Source: Candidatus Levyibacteriota bacterium
GTDB taxonomy: Bacteria > Patescibacteriota > Microgenomatia > Levybacterales > UBA12049
Direction of reading: 5' to 3'
DNA: 64,000 nt
Assembly: GCA_049519175.1 (NCBI GenBank)
Contig: JBEKQZ010000001.1
Span: forward strand, 463,679 to 527,678
Shown piece after piece: positions 17,965 to 27,539 of this stretch. Positions within the stretch are counted from its first letter, which is position 1, and each line of letters opens with the position of its first letter. Under the pieces are notes generated by a model. That model was given only the letters and a program-made list of their open reading frames with translations. It searched no databases and was not told where the DNA came from. A program made the translations under genes and the position numbers.

Positions 17965-20388
17965 CTATGGCGTTGTTGGCGTTGGAGTCGGAATCGGTGT
18001 GTCGGTTGGCATCGGTGTTGGCGTATCGGTTGGATTATTATTGTTGGAATTCTCCTGATAATCGGAGGTTTCGGTCGGTGGATAATATTCCGGATGATCG
18101 GCGGCATAAGTTTGCTTTATCCAAGCGTCAATTCCGTCCTGCCATCTATTTTTCCCGTCGGTGGAAATTGGGTCATTTTCTTTAAACACAATATAATCTT
18201 TGGTGTCGTAATCTCCGGCGGCAATTTCCGAAGCATCGGCCAGTTTCCCCTGTTCGTGTCTGGATAATTTTAAAGTTTGGTAAATTGCCGATTGTCCCGT
18301 CGGCTCGGTTCCTTTAATAAAGTACTCGCTTCTGGTCGGCTGTCCGGCTTTTGGCAAACCTCCGCCCAAAGCATCGATTTGCATCGCGATGACATCGTCG
18401 GGTTTTTGCGGCGGCTCATCTTTTTTGCCTTTTAATTTTAGGACATAACTCATAATTTTATTCCAAATTGGCGCCGCGCCGGTAATTCCTGACGCGACTT
18501 TACTCATTGGCGTATTATCATTATTGCCAACCCAAACACCAACCGCGTAGGAAGGAGTGTAACCGACTGTCCAGTTGTCACGGATATCGTTAGTCGTACC
18601 GGTCTTGACGGAAACGCTGGGATATCCGGGGACAACTAGTTGGGAGTATGCACCAAACTCCATTGTCCGAGCGGTATTATCGAGAAGAATATGCGAAATC
18701 AGGAAACTGACTTCCGGCGAAAAAATCCGTTGTGGACTGGGAGGATTATATTTGTATAAAACGTTTCCTTTGGCATCGTCGACTTCCAGAATTGAAACCA
18801 AAGGCATCTTTTCGCCGCCGTTGGCAAACACTCCGTAAGCTTCCATTTCATCGATCAACCGAACATCTCTTCCTCCCAAAACCAGCGAATAACCAACATC
18901 CGCCAAATTGGCGTCGGTTGGTTGCCAATTATCAATTCCCATGTCGTAGGCGTTTTGCATGACATCTTTTATTCCAACCATTGCCAACATTTTTACCGCC
19001 GGGACATTAATAGAATTTGCCAAAGCAAATCTTACTTGAATCGGACCCCGATATTTTCCGTCATAATTAACCGGGATATAATCTTTATCACTATCTGTGG
19101 CTTTAAAATTAGTCTGCGTATCCATCAAAAGTGTTGCCGCCGTATAACCTTTAGAAAAAGCGGTAGCGTAAGTAATTGGTTTAAGTGAAGAACCCGGCTG
19201 TCGATATGCAATCGCGGCGTTAAAATTGCCGTCGTTTTTGGTATCAAAATAATCTTCGGATCCAACCATGGCTAAAATCTCGCCGGTTTTGGGAATTGTC
19301 ACCATCGCCGCGCCGTTTCCGACATCAAGACTTTTATCATTGGCAATTTCGGATTTCACAATCTGTTCGGCTTTACTTTCAATATTGTAATCCAGGGTTG
19401 TCTTTACTCTTAAACCGCCACTTTCCACCACCTGCTCACCAAACTGGTTAATCAACTGTTGCTTAACGTAAAAAACAAAATGCGGCGCTTTAATCCCCAA
19501 ACTATTTTGTGCAAACTCTGTATTGGTAATTTCTTTTAAAGCGTTGTCCGCCTGATTTTGCGTAATATAACCATCCCTAACCATTGACGCTAAAACTACA
19601 CCAGTTCTTTGGATATAATATTTGTCGCCGGTAAACGGCGAATAAACACTGGGGCTTTGCGGCAGGCCGGCCAAGAATGCGCACTGTGCCAAATCCAAAT
19701 TCTGAACATCTTTGCTAAAATATAATTGTGCCGCCGCTTGCACCCCAACCGCCGAACCGCCATAACCAACGTCGTTTAGATACATCTCCAAAATTTGGTC
19801 TTTACTATATTTCCGGTCAACTTGAATTGAAAGCATCAGCTCTTTTATTTTCCGGGGCAAAGTTTGCTCGGGTGAAAGCAGGACATTTTTAACCAGTTGT
19901 TGCGTCAACGTTGAGCCGCCGGAAAGTCCCCGCAAAAGCACGATGTTTAAAGCCGCTCTTAAATAACCGGTAATAGAAAAGCCCTGGTTTGAATAAAAAT
20001 TCCGGTCTTCAACCGAAATGGTTCCCTGCTGCAGATATTTTGGAATATTAGCTAAATTAACGTAAATCCGGTTCTGGTTTTGGTAAACGGAGTAGAGGAG
20101 AACGCCGTTGCGGTCATAAATTCCACTTGACTGGTTGGTTTGGGCGGCAATTAATTTTCCCGGAGTCGGCAAATCCCGGCCATACCAAATAAATAAAGCA
20201 AACATCACAATGATTAAGCCAATCAGTCCAAAAAAAGCATATTTTACCAGCCGGCTAATAATCACAATCCGAGGGGTGTTTTGTAAACCTAATCTGCGGT
20301 TGAAATTCCTCCCAAAACTTGGAAGACCAGGAAGATTAAGAGTGAAATACCTACTTCTGCGGCGAAGTCTGCGACTGTAGTCCAGCAT
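17965..20388 (-). CDS. Class A penicillin-binding protein (transglycosylase/transpeptidase)
   Basis: EDRNFY, GGSTLTQQLVKN, RKIKE, QPGSSLKP (SxxK), SIN and KTGT motifs; PT-rich tail. Confidence 0.95.
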   Translation of the reverse strand: MLDYSRRLRRRSRYFTLNLPGLPSFGRNFNRRLGLQNTPRIVIISRLVKYAFFGLIGLIIVMFALFIWYGRDLPTPGKLIAAQTNQSSGIYDRNGVLLYSVYQNQNRIYVNLANIPKYLQQGTISVEDRNFYSNQGFSITGYLRAALNIVLLRGLSGGSTLTQQLVKNVLLSPEQTLPRKIKELMLSIQVDRKYSKDQILEMYLNDVGYGGSAVGVQAAAQLYFSKDVQNLDLAQCAFLAGLPQSPSVYSPFTGDKYYIQRTGVVLASMVRDGYITQNQADNALKEITNTEFAQNSLGIKAPHFVFYVKQQLINQFGEQVVESGGLRVKTTLDYNIESKAEQIVKSEIANDKSLDVGNGAAMVTIPKTGEILAMVGSEDYFDTKNDGNFNAAIAYRQPGSSLKPITYATAFSKGYTAATLLMDTQTNFKATDSDKDYIPVNYDGKYRGPIQVRFALANSINVPAVKMLAMVGIKDVMQNAYDMGIDNWQPTDANLADVGYSLVLGGRDVRLIDEMEAYGVFANGGEKMPLVSILEVDDAKGNVLYKYNPPSPQRIFSPEVSFLISHILLDNTARTMEFGAYSQLVVPGYPSVSVKTGTTNDIRDNWTVGYTPSYAVGVWVGNNDNTPMSKVASGITGAAPIWNKIMSYVLKLKGKKDEPPQKPDDVIAMQIDALGGGLPKAGQPTRSEYFIKGTEPTGQSAIYQTLKLSRHEQGKLADASEIAAGDYDTKDYIVFKENDPISTDGKNRWQDGIDAWIKQTYAADHPEYYPPTETSDYQENSNNNNPTDTPTPMPTDTPIPTPTPTTP

Positions 20389-20446
20389 AACACATTAGAG
20401 TATAACACAAATTTACGCCTGGTTAAAAGTATGTTATACTCAATTT

Positions 20447-21625
20447 ATGACTGACATCGACGAACTTTTAACCCGCGGGGTTGCCAATATTATTCCTGGT
20501 ATTGATGAGTTAAAAAGACTGCTCAAATCGAGCCAAAAATTAAATATTTATTTTGGCATTGATCCGACCGCAACACATATTCATTTAGGTCACGCTGTAC
20601 CACTTAGAAAACTACAGCAGCTTGCGGATTTAGGACACAATGTGACTTTTTTAATCGGCGACTTTACCGCCTTAATCGGCGACACTTCGGATAAAGATTC
20701 CGAGCGGCCTGTTCTAACTAAAGAACAAATTGAACAAAATTTTCAGACTTACAAGAAACAGGCGGAAAAAATTCTTGACTTTAGCAAAGTTAATATTCGC
20801 TACAACAGCGAGTGGCTAAGTAAGATAAATCTTGAAGAATTTATAAAACTTAGTCATCATTTTTCCTTTGGCGATATTGCTGGCAGGGAATTAATTGCTA
20901 AAAGATTAAAAGACGGAAGACACGTCGGCCTCCACGAGGCCCTTTACCCCGTATTGCAAGGTTATGACAGTTATTTTCTGGATACCGATATCCAAATCGG
21001 TGGCACAGACCAAACTTTTAATATGCAAGCGGGGAGAATTTTACAAAAAGATTTAAGAAGCAAACAATCTTTTGTCTTGGCCAATCCATTTTTGGAAGGA
21101 ACCGACGGCCGGAAAATGAGCAAGACTTGGGGCAACGCGATCTGGCTTGATGACGCACCAAATGATATGTATGTCAAAGCAATGGCAATTAACGATAACT
21201 TAATCGTGGAGTATTTTACCTTAGCAACCGGTCTTTCAATAGAAAACATTAAAAAAATTGAAAGCGAATTAAAGAAAGGTGAAAATCCAATTAATATCAA
21301 AAAGAAATTGGCCCACCAAATCGTCAAAGAGCTATACGACGAAAAATCCGCCGACGAAGCCCAGGAAAATTTCCAGAGAACAGTCCAAAATAAAGAACTT
21401 CCGAACGATATAAAAGTTTATTCAAATTCAGATGAAACGAATATACTTCAAATTATGTATCTTTCTGGATTAACTAATAGTATCTCTGAAGGAAAAAGAC
21501 TGATGCAACAAAAAGGAGTTTACGTTGATAATGCTTTAGTCGAATCTCCTGATTATGAGTTTGATATAACTTCTGAACATATTATTAAAGTAGGTAAACA
21601 AATCAGAAAAATAAAAAAAGCATAA
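20447..21625 (+). CDS. tyrS: Tyrosyl-tRNA synthetase
   Basis: GIDPTA..HLGH, QGYD, GGTDQ, KMSKT motifs and C-terminal S4 domain. Confidence 0.97.
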   Translation: MTDIDELLTRGVANIIPGIDELKRLLKSSQKLNIYFGIDPTATHIHLGHAVPLRKLQQLADLGHNVTFLIGDFTALIGDTSDKDSERPVLTKEQIEQNFQTYKKQAEKILDFSKVNIRYNSEWLSKINLEEFIKLSHHFSFGDIAGRELIAKRLKDGRHVGLHEALYPVLQGYDSYFLDTDIQIGGTDQTFNMQAGRILQKDLRSKQSFVLANPFLEGTDGRKMSKTWGNAIWLDDAPNDMYVKAMAINDNLIVEYFTLATGLSIENIKKIESELKKGENPINIKKKLAHQIVKELYDEKSADEAQENFQRTVQNKELPNDIKVYSNSDETNILQIMYLSGLTNSISEGKRLMQQKGVYVDNALVESPDYEFDITSEHIIKVGKQIRKIKKA

Positions 21626-21628
21626 TTT

Positions 21629-21733
21629 ATGGAAATGTTTCGGAGACATCAGTGGATTTGGAAAGTCATCGTCGCCGTTGCCTCCGTGGCTTTAATCGCG
21701 GCATCCGTTCTGCCATTATTAAGTCTTCATTAA
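21629..21733 (+). CDS. 34-aa single-TM micro-protein (MEMFRRHQWIWKVIVAVASVALIAASVLPLLSLH)
   Basis: Manually translated; fills the tyrS-recG gap with 3-nt spacers on each side. Confidence 0.6.
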   Translation: MEMFRRHQWIWKVIVAVASVALIAASVLPLLSLH

Positions 21734-21736
21734 GCT

Positions 21737-23743
21737 ATGGATTTACAAACACCGGTTAGTGAAGTTTCAAGAACCTACAAAATGTTTCGCGGACGTTTGG
21801 AGAAATTAGGAATCGTGACATTAAAAGATTTTTTATTTCACGTCCCATTCCGCTACGACGATTATTCTTTAGTTTCCGATATTGCGCAAGTTCAAGCCGG
21901 CGAAACCGTCACGGTTAAAGGCACTGTTGAAGAAATTGATAATCATTACACTCGCAAATGGAAAACGCTGCAAAGAGCCACCGTTAAAGACAGCACCGGC
22001 AACATTGATATTTTGTGGTTTAACCAACCATTTTTAACTAAAGCCATTCATAAGGGCGATTTAATTTCTCTTTCCGGCAAAGTCGAGTTAGATAAACATA
22101 AATTAATCATGATTGCACCGGACTACGAAATTGTTTTCAATAACCAAACTATTCACACCGGACGATTAGTGCCGGTTTATCCGGAAACCCGTGGTATTTC
22201 TTCAAAATGGCTGCGCCGCCAGATTTATAAATTGCTGGAGGAGAGAAATCAGCTTAAAGATTTCTTGCCGGAAAATATTATCAAAGAAAATAATTTAATG
22301 AGTCTGGGCGACGCGATTGAAAAAATTCATTTTCCAAGCAGTTTGCGAGAAGCAGAAATTGCCCGCGGAAGATTAGCGTTTGACGAACTATTTGAACTGC
22401 AATTGTCGGCGCTGGTCAGAAAAAAAGCTTGGGAGAAAAACGCTATCAAAAATCCGTGGAATAGTTTTCAAGCAAAAGCCGACGAACTGATTAAGACACT
22501 TCCATTTGAATTAACCAACGCTCAAAAAAAAGCCGTTAATGAAATTCTGAAGGATATCTCTGCCACAAAACCAATGAATCGTCTTTTGGAAGGAGAGGTC
22601 GGCAGCGGCAAGACAGTCGTCGGAGCAATTACGATGTATGTCGCGTTTCTAAACGGCTTTCAATCTGCCTTTATGGCTCCGACGGAAATTCTTGCCCAAC
22701 AACATTATCAAACCATCAAAAATCTTTTGGAACCATTAGGAGTTAAAGTTGAATTGTTTACTTCCGGAACAAAAAATCAGCAATCGTTTGACATTGCTAT
22801 TGGGACCCATGCTTTAGTTTATAAAAAAGTTAAATTTTCCAAACTTGGTTTGGTAATTATCGACGAACAACAACGTTTTGGGGTAGAGCAAAGAACTATC
22901 ATTAAAGAAAAAGGAGAGAATGTACATCTGCTAACTATGACAGCAACGCCAATTCCCAGAACCGTGGCTTTAACGATGTATGGTGATTTGGATTTATCAT
23001 TACTCGATGAAATGCCGGTCGGTAGAAAATTGGTTAAGACCTGGCTAGTCCCGCCAGAAAAAAGAAATGGCGCTTACGCGTGGATTGAAAAACAAATTAT
23101 CGGAAACAAAGACCAGGCATTTATAGTTTGTCCCTTTATCGAAGAGTCGGAAACAATGTTAACGGTAAAAGCGGCGACTAAAGAATTTGACCGACTGCAA
23201 AAAGAAGTATTTCCTAATTTACACTTAGGGCTTTTGCATGGAAAAATGAAAGCAGCGGAAAAAGAAAATATTTTGAAATCCTTCCGTGATAAAAAGATAG
23301 ATATCTTAGTTTCTACGCCGGTGGTTGAAGTCGGAATTGATATCCCCAACGCCACCATTATGCTAATTGAGGAAGCCGACCGGTTTGGACTGGCACAACT
23401 ACATCAACTGCGGGGTAGAGTTGGCAGGGGCGACAAACAATCATATTGCCTATTGTTTACGTCAAGCAAAAACGAAACGACCATTGAAAGATTAAAAGCG
23501 CTGGAAACAATTTATTCGGGAGCGGAGTTGGCGGAACTGGATTTAAAGTTACGTGGACCTGGACAAATTTACGGAACATCACAGCACGGCAGGCAAGTGC
23601 TAAAAGTCGCCAGCTTTTCCGACTTCGCTTTAATTGACAAAACGAAAAGGGAAGCGGAAAAAATCTTTCCAGAAATTGAAAAGTATCCAGAGCTTCTGGA
23701 GAAAACAAAACAGATTAATTTATCCCACGTCTCTCCGGACTAA
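21737..23743 (+). CDS. recG: ATP-dependent DNA helicase RecG
   Basis: Wedge domain, GEVGSGKT, DEQQRFG, TATPIPRT, QLHQLRGRVGRG, DLKLRGPG. Confidence 0.97.
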   Translation: MDLQTPVSEVSRTYKMFRGRLEKLGIVTLKDFLFHVPFRYDDYSLVSDIAQVQAGETVTVKGTVEEIDNHYTRKWKTLQRATVKDSTGNIDILWFNQPFLTKAIHKGDLISLSGKVELDKHKLIMIAPDYEIVFNNQTIHTGRLVPVYPETRGISSKWLRRQIYKLLEERNQLKDFLPENIIKENNLMSLGDAIEKIHFPSSLREAEIARGRLAFDELFELQLSALVRKKAWEKNAIKNPWNSFQAKADELIKTLPFELTNAQKKAVNEILKDISATKPMNRLLEGEVGSGKTVVGAITMYVAFLNGFQSAFMAPTEILAQQHYQTIKNLLEPLGVKVELFTSGTKNQQSFDIAIGTHALVYKKVKFSKLGLVIIDEQQRFGVEQRTIIKEKGENVHLLTMTATPIPRTVALTMYGDLDLSLLDEMPVGRKLVKTWLVPPEKRNGAYAWIEKQIIGNKDQAFIVCPFIEESETMLTVKAATKEFDRLQKEVFPNLHLGLLHGKMKAAEKENILKSFRDKKIDILVSTPVVEVGIDIPNATIMLIEEADRFGLAQLHQLRGRVGRGDKQSYCLLFTSSKNETTIERLKALETIYSGAELAELDLKLRGPGQIYGTSQHGRQVLKVASFSDFALIDKTKREAEKIFPEIEKYPELLEKTKQINLSHVSPD

Positions 23744-23784
23744 TAGTCATTGCAACCGAAGCTCAAATAAAGTAAAATACGCAT

Positions 23785-24003
23785 ATGCCACAAGAACCAA
23801 AGAAAAGACATTCCAGACAAAGACAAGGCAAACGAAGAGCAGCGATTAAGTTAGCGGTTACCAAAACGGTAATTTGTCCGAATTGCCAGGCGCCAATTTT
23901 AGCGCATCAAATTTGCCGGCACTGCGGCTACTACAAGGGCAAAATGGTCTTAAAAATGAAAGCTAAGAAAACAGCCGAAGAAAAAGAAGCACAAACAAAA
24001 TAA
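23785..24003 (+). CDS. rpmF: 50S ribosomal protein L32 (Zn-binding form)
   Basis: PKKRHS..R..KRR, CPNC...HxxCxxCGYYKG. Confidence 0.95.
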   Translation: MPQEPKKRHSRQRQGKRRAAIKLAVTKTVICPNCQAPILAHQICRHCGYYKGKMVLKMKAKKTAEEKEAQTK

Positions 24004-24368
24004 TGAAAAATCCTCTCGACCCACGCCACAAAAAACGCCAAAAAGCAGTCGAAGACCTTTTCAAAATAGACTTTCACCGCCAAACAATCGGGGATTATGG
24101 CAAGAAAATTTTTGCCAACAGGCAATTTCTGGATGAACAAATTACCAAAGCCGCTCCCGAATATCCAATCGCTAAAATTAACCGCACCGATTTGGCGATT
24201 TTAAGATTAGCGGTTTACGAATTACTACTTGAAAAGAAAGAGCCTCAGAAGGTTATAATAGATGAGGCGGTAGAGCTGGCCAAAGAATATGGGGGAGAAA
24301 CCAGCCCGGCGTTTATTAATGGCGCTTTGGGCAAATTAATTAAAAATGATGCAACTTCCAAAGTTTAA
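24003..24368 (+). CDS. nusB: Transcription antitermination factor NusB
   Basis: DLAILRLAVYEL...VIIDEAVELAKEYG...FINGALG. Confidence 0.95.
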   Translation: MKNPLDPRHKKRQKAVEDLFKIDFHRQTIGDYGKKIFANRQFLDEQITKAAPEYPIAKINRTDLAILRLAVYELLLEKKEPQKVIIDEAVELAKEYGGETSPAFINGALGKLIKNDATSKV

Positions 24369-25041
24369 CAATCAAAAATTATTTGAACAGGCTTTTACTC
24401 ACCGCAGCTTCCTAAATGAAACGAAAGAAAAACTCTCTTCCAACGAACGCTTGGAATTTTTGGGAGACAGCATTATTTCTTTTGTTGTTTCGCAGAATCT
24501 GTTTCTAAAATTTCCCCAGTTTAACGAAGGCATTTTAACTAACATCCGCTCTTTAATGGTCAATACCAAAAGTTTGGCCCTAATTGCCAAAGAATTAGAA
24601 TTTGGCAATTATCTAAGACTTTCCAAAGGCGAAGAGGAGTCAAAAGGCAGATTAAACCAAAGTCTTTTGGCCGATTGTTTCGAAGCCTTTGTCGGCGCGT
24701 TGTTTATCGACCAGGGAATTGAGGTTGTTTCACAATTTTTGAGCAGCGCACTATTGCCAAAAGCCGACGAAATCGTCAAAGGCACTTCTTTTAAAGACCC
24801 GAAAAGTCTTTTACAGGAATTGGTTCAGTCCAGAAGATTGAACTCGCCGGTTTACAAAGTGTTGGGCGAAACCGGACCGGCACACGCCAAACGGTTTCGA
24901 ATTGGTACTTTTGTTGACGGAAATTTAGTCAGCGAAGGCGAAGGTAAATCGAAAAAAGATGCCGAAGAAGATGCCGCTTTCAAAGCCCTCGAGTTTTATA
25001 AAGGACTGACAAAAGCCGGAGTTGAGAAGAAATCGAAATAA
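24346..25041 (+). CDS. rnc: Ribonuclease III
   Basis: AFTHRS, NERLEFLGDS, ADCFEAFVGA motifs and dsRBD. Confidence 0.97.
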   Translation: MMQLPKFNNQKLFEQAFTHRSFLNETKEKLSSNERLEFLGDSIISFVVSQNLFLKFPQFNEGILTNIRSLMVNTKSLALIAKELEFGNYLRLSKGEEESKGRLNQSLLADCFEAFVGALFIDQGIEVVSQFLSSALLPKADEIVKGTSFKDPKSLLQELVQSRRLNSPVYKVLGETGPAHAKRFRIGTFVDGNLVSEGEGKSKKDAEEDAAFKALEFYKGLTKAGVEKKSK

Positions 25042-25057
25042 TGGTAAAATACTTCCT

Positions 25058-25279
25058 ATGTCATTAGTTATTCGGTCTACAAGAGTGGGCAAAAGAGGCG
25101 AAAGGAAATTCCGCATTGTTGTTAAAGAAAAAAGGTCCCGAAGAGATGGTGATTCAATCGAAGTTTTAGGCTGGTATGAAAAAGGCAAAAACGGCGGCAA
25201 ACAGATAAATAAAAACAGATACGATTATTGGGTCAAACAGGGCGCGAAGCCTTCGCCGGCCATCGAAAAGCTAATCTAA
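25058..25279 (+). CDS. rpsP: 30S ribosomal protein S16
   Basis: FRIVV..RSRRDG..IEVLGWY...YWVKQGAKPS; start corrected to ATG 25058. Confidence 0.93.
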   Translation: MSLVIRSTRVGKRGERKFRIVVKEKRSRRDGDSIEVLGWYEKGKNGGKQINKNRYDYWVKQGAKPSPAIEKLI

Positions 25280-25282
25280 TTT

Positions 25283-25540
25283 ATGAAAGACACACTATTA
25301 AGCATTGTGACCGCAATTGTTGATAATCCTGATAGAATTGACATTAAGGAAGAAGAGGTTGAAGGCGTCACTAATTTTATTATTACCGTCGCACCGGAAG
25401 ATATGGGCAAAATCATCGGCAAAGGCGGAAAAGTGATTCGGGCGATTCGTAGCGTAATGAAAATCCCTGCCATTAAAAACAACCAACGGATTTATATTTC
25501 TTTGGCTGAAGTGCCGCAAACCGAGGCGCCGCAACCATAA
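25283..25540 (+). CDS. khpA: KH-domain RNA-binding protein
   Basis: DMGKIIGKGGKVIRAIR; position after rpsP. Confidence 0.9.
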   Translation: MKDTLLSIVTAIVDNPDRIDIKEEEVEGVTNFIITVAPEDMGKIIGKGGKVIRAIRSVMKIPAIKNNQRIYISLAEVPQTEAPQP

Positions 25541-25577
25541 ATTAGTAAAGTTTCTACCAAACTCCTATAATAAACTT

Positions 25578-26258
25578 ATGCAAATAACCATCATTACTTT
25601 GTTTCCCGAAATGTTTCAGGGACCGTTTGACAGCTCGATTATCAAAAGGGCGATTGATAAGCAGTTGATTAAAATTAATTTTATCAATTTGCGTGATTTT
25701 GGTTTAGGGGCACATAAAACAGTTGACGATACTCCTTACGGTGGGGGGAAAGGGATGATTTTAAGGGTTGATGTCTTACAAAAAGCAATTGAAGCCGCCA
25801 AAAATAAAAACTTAGATAAAAAAGAACAGCAAGTAATTCTTCTAAGTGCTCACGGCAGACTGTTTGGGCAAAAAATTGCCAGGGACTTTTTGAAACTAAA
25901 AAATTTAATCTTAATTTGTGGACATTACGAAGGTTTTGACGAAAGAGTCAAGCAATTTATCGACAGAGAAATTTCGGTGGGGGATTTCATTCTAACCGGC
26001 GGAGAAATTCCGGCCATGTTAATTACGGATGCGGTTTCCAGACTGGTCAGCGGTGTTATTAAAGATGACTCGGCAGCTTTTGAGTCTTTTTCGCCATTTC
26101 TTGAATATCCACAATATACCAAACCACAAACTTTTAATAATTTAAAAGTGCCCAAGATTCTGCTTTCGGGGAATCACGCCAAGATAAACGACTGGCGTGA
26201 AAAAGAAAGCCTCAAAATCACTGCGAAATTAAGACCCGACCTCATCAGAAACCATTAA
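25578..26258 (+). CDS. trmD: tRNA (guanine-N1)-methyltransferase
   Basis: VDDTPYGGGKGM, CGHYEGFDER, SVGDFILTGGE motifs. Confidence 0.97.
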   Translation: MQITIITLFPEMFQGPFDSSIIKRAIDKQLIKINFINLRDFGLGAHKTVDDTPYGGGKGMILRVDVLQKAIEAAKNKNLDKKEQQVILLSAHGRLFGQKIARDFLKLKNLILICGHYEGFDERVKQFIDREISVGDFILTGGEIPAMLITDAVSRLVSGVIKDDSAAFESFSPFLEYPQYTKPQTFNNLKVPKILLSGNHAKINDWREKESLKITAKLRPDLIRNH

Positions 26259-27001
26259 AATGGGGAACCGGAAACTGCGGCCGAAGCAGTCGCCGGAGCA
26301 GTTGGCAAAACCGGTAAGCTTGTTTGCCCAACAGAGTTCCAAGAAGAAAGCTCTTCAATTAAAGATAGCTGTTTTGCGGATAAAGGAACTATCGGCGCTT
26401 GGTCACTGACGTTTTGCACCGGGTAAGGTTTGTAGTAAAAAAGGACAGTTAAAGCACCGCTATCTCCTGAGATATTAAGCGCAGTCACTTCGGCGATAGG
26501 CATCGTTTTAGTCAGCTCATGAGCAAACTCGACAATACTTTTGGGATCTCCTTTTAGGCTAATATCTATTTTCGTTGAGGGGTAAGCTGTTCCGCCAAAA
26601 TTCGAGGCAGATAAATCGCCTAAGGAAAATTCAAAATTGCCAACCGACACCCCTGTTTTAGCGGAAACATAAGAAATTGCATCAATAATGCCAGCAAAAT
26701 CTTTTTCCGGAGGCAGAGCAGCCGAAAGCGTGTCTAAATTAGACGCAATCTTCGCGTCGTCCAAAGAAGTCAGTAAATTATAGTTACTATTTAGAGCGTC
26801 TAGTTTTTGCTGTTCCGCTTTTACCAAATCCTGAGAATTAAAATACTGTTGAATCTGCGGAAAAACAACATAAATAATCACTAGGATACTGACCAGGATA
26901 ACGCCAAGCGGAAGCAAAAAATCTTTATAATGTTTATACAGCACCATTAGGTTTTCGAAATCAATATTTATTTTTTTTGGGCCGTTAAGATTATTGTTCA
27001 T
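26255..27001 (-). CDS. pilO: Type IV pilus assembly protein PilO-like
   Basis: TM helix, coiled coil and ALP motif; third gene of the pilM-N-O order. Confidence 0.7.
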   Translation of the reverse strand: MNNNLNGPKKINIDFENLMVLYKHYKDFLLPLGVILVSILVIIYVVFPQIQQYFNSQDLVKAEQQKLDALNSNYNLLTSLDDAKIASNLDTLSAALPPEKDFAGIIDAISYVSAKTGVSVGNFEFSLGDLSASNFGGTAYPSTKIDISLKGDPKSIVEFAHELTKTMPIAEVTALNISGDSGALTVLFYYKPYPVQNVSDQAPIVPLSAKQLSLIEELSSWNSVGQTSLPVLPTAPATASAAVSGSPF

Positions 27002-27002
27002 A

Positions 27003-27539
27003 CTATTTAATATCTGCCTGTATGGAAACTGAATACCGGTCGCTTTTTACGTCCAACGATAGTTGCTGCATCACAATGTTATTGATAATATTTTTTTGTT
27101 CTTGAAGCATTATTACATCATCGATGAGTTTATTCATTGAAAGTAAAGATGCTCCGGAAACAATCAGAGACACTTTTGTAGCATCAATCTGCATTGAGCT
27201 AATATCTAAATCTTGAGGAACAACCGCCAGTAAGTCATCGGCAATATCGGGGATATTTTTTCTCTGCGCAATAATATTTGTTAGATGGTTTGCTCTGTCT
27301 TCAACTAAGTAATATTGCGTTAACTTTTTATGCAGGACCGAAATATTTGTTAAGGTGGTTTGTTCATTCTGCTTTATTGAATTAATTGGCAAAGTTAAAT
27401 TAACAACGAAGACCAAAATGGCAATAGCTACGACAAATGCCATGATTACAAACGCTAATAACCTTGCCACTCTTAACCTATTTTGTTCTTTTTCTAATTG
27501 TTCGTTTTTGGGAGAAACCAGATTAATACTGTCATTCAT
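27003..27539 (-). CDS. pilN: Type IV pilus assembly protein PilN-like
   Basis: INLV N-terminal motif and TM helix; follows pilM. Confidence 0.75.
   Translation of the reverse strand: MNDSINLVSPKNEQLEKEQNRLRVARLLAFVIMAFVVAIAILVFVVNLTLPINSIKQNEQTTLTNISVLHKKLTQYYLVEDRANHLTNIIAQRKNIPDIADDLLAVVPQDLDISSMQIDATKVSLIVSGASLLSMNKLIDDVIMLQEQKNIINNIVMQQLSLDVKSDRYSVSIQADIK

Noticed and set aside
17965-18050. Short tandem repeats at the 3' end of the PBP gene
   Set aside because: They encode an ordinary Pro/Thr/Asn low-complexity tail.
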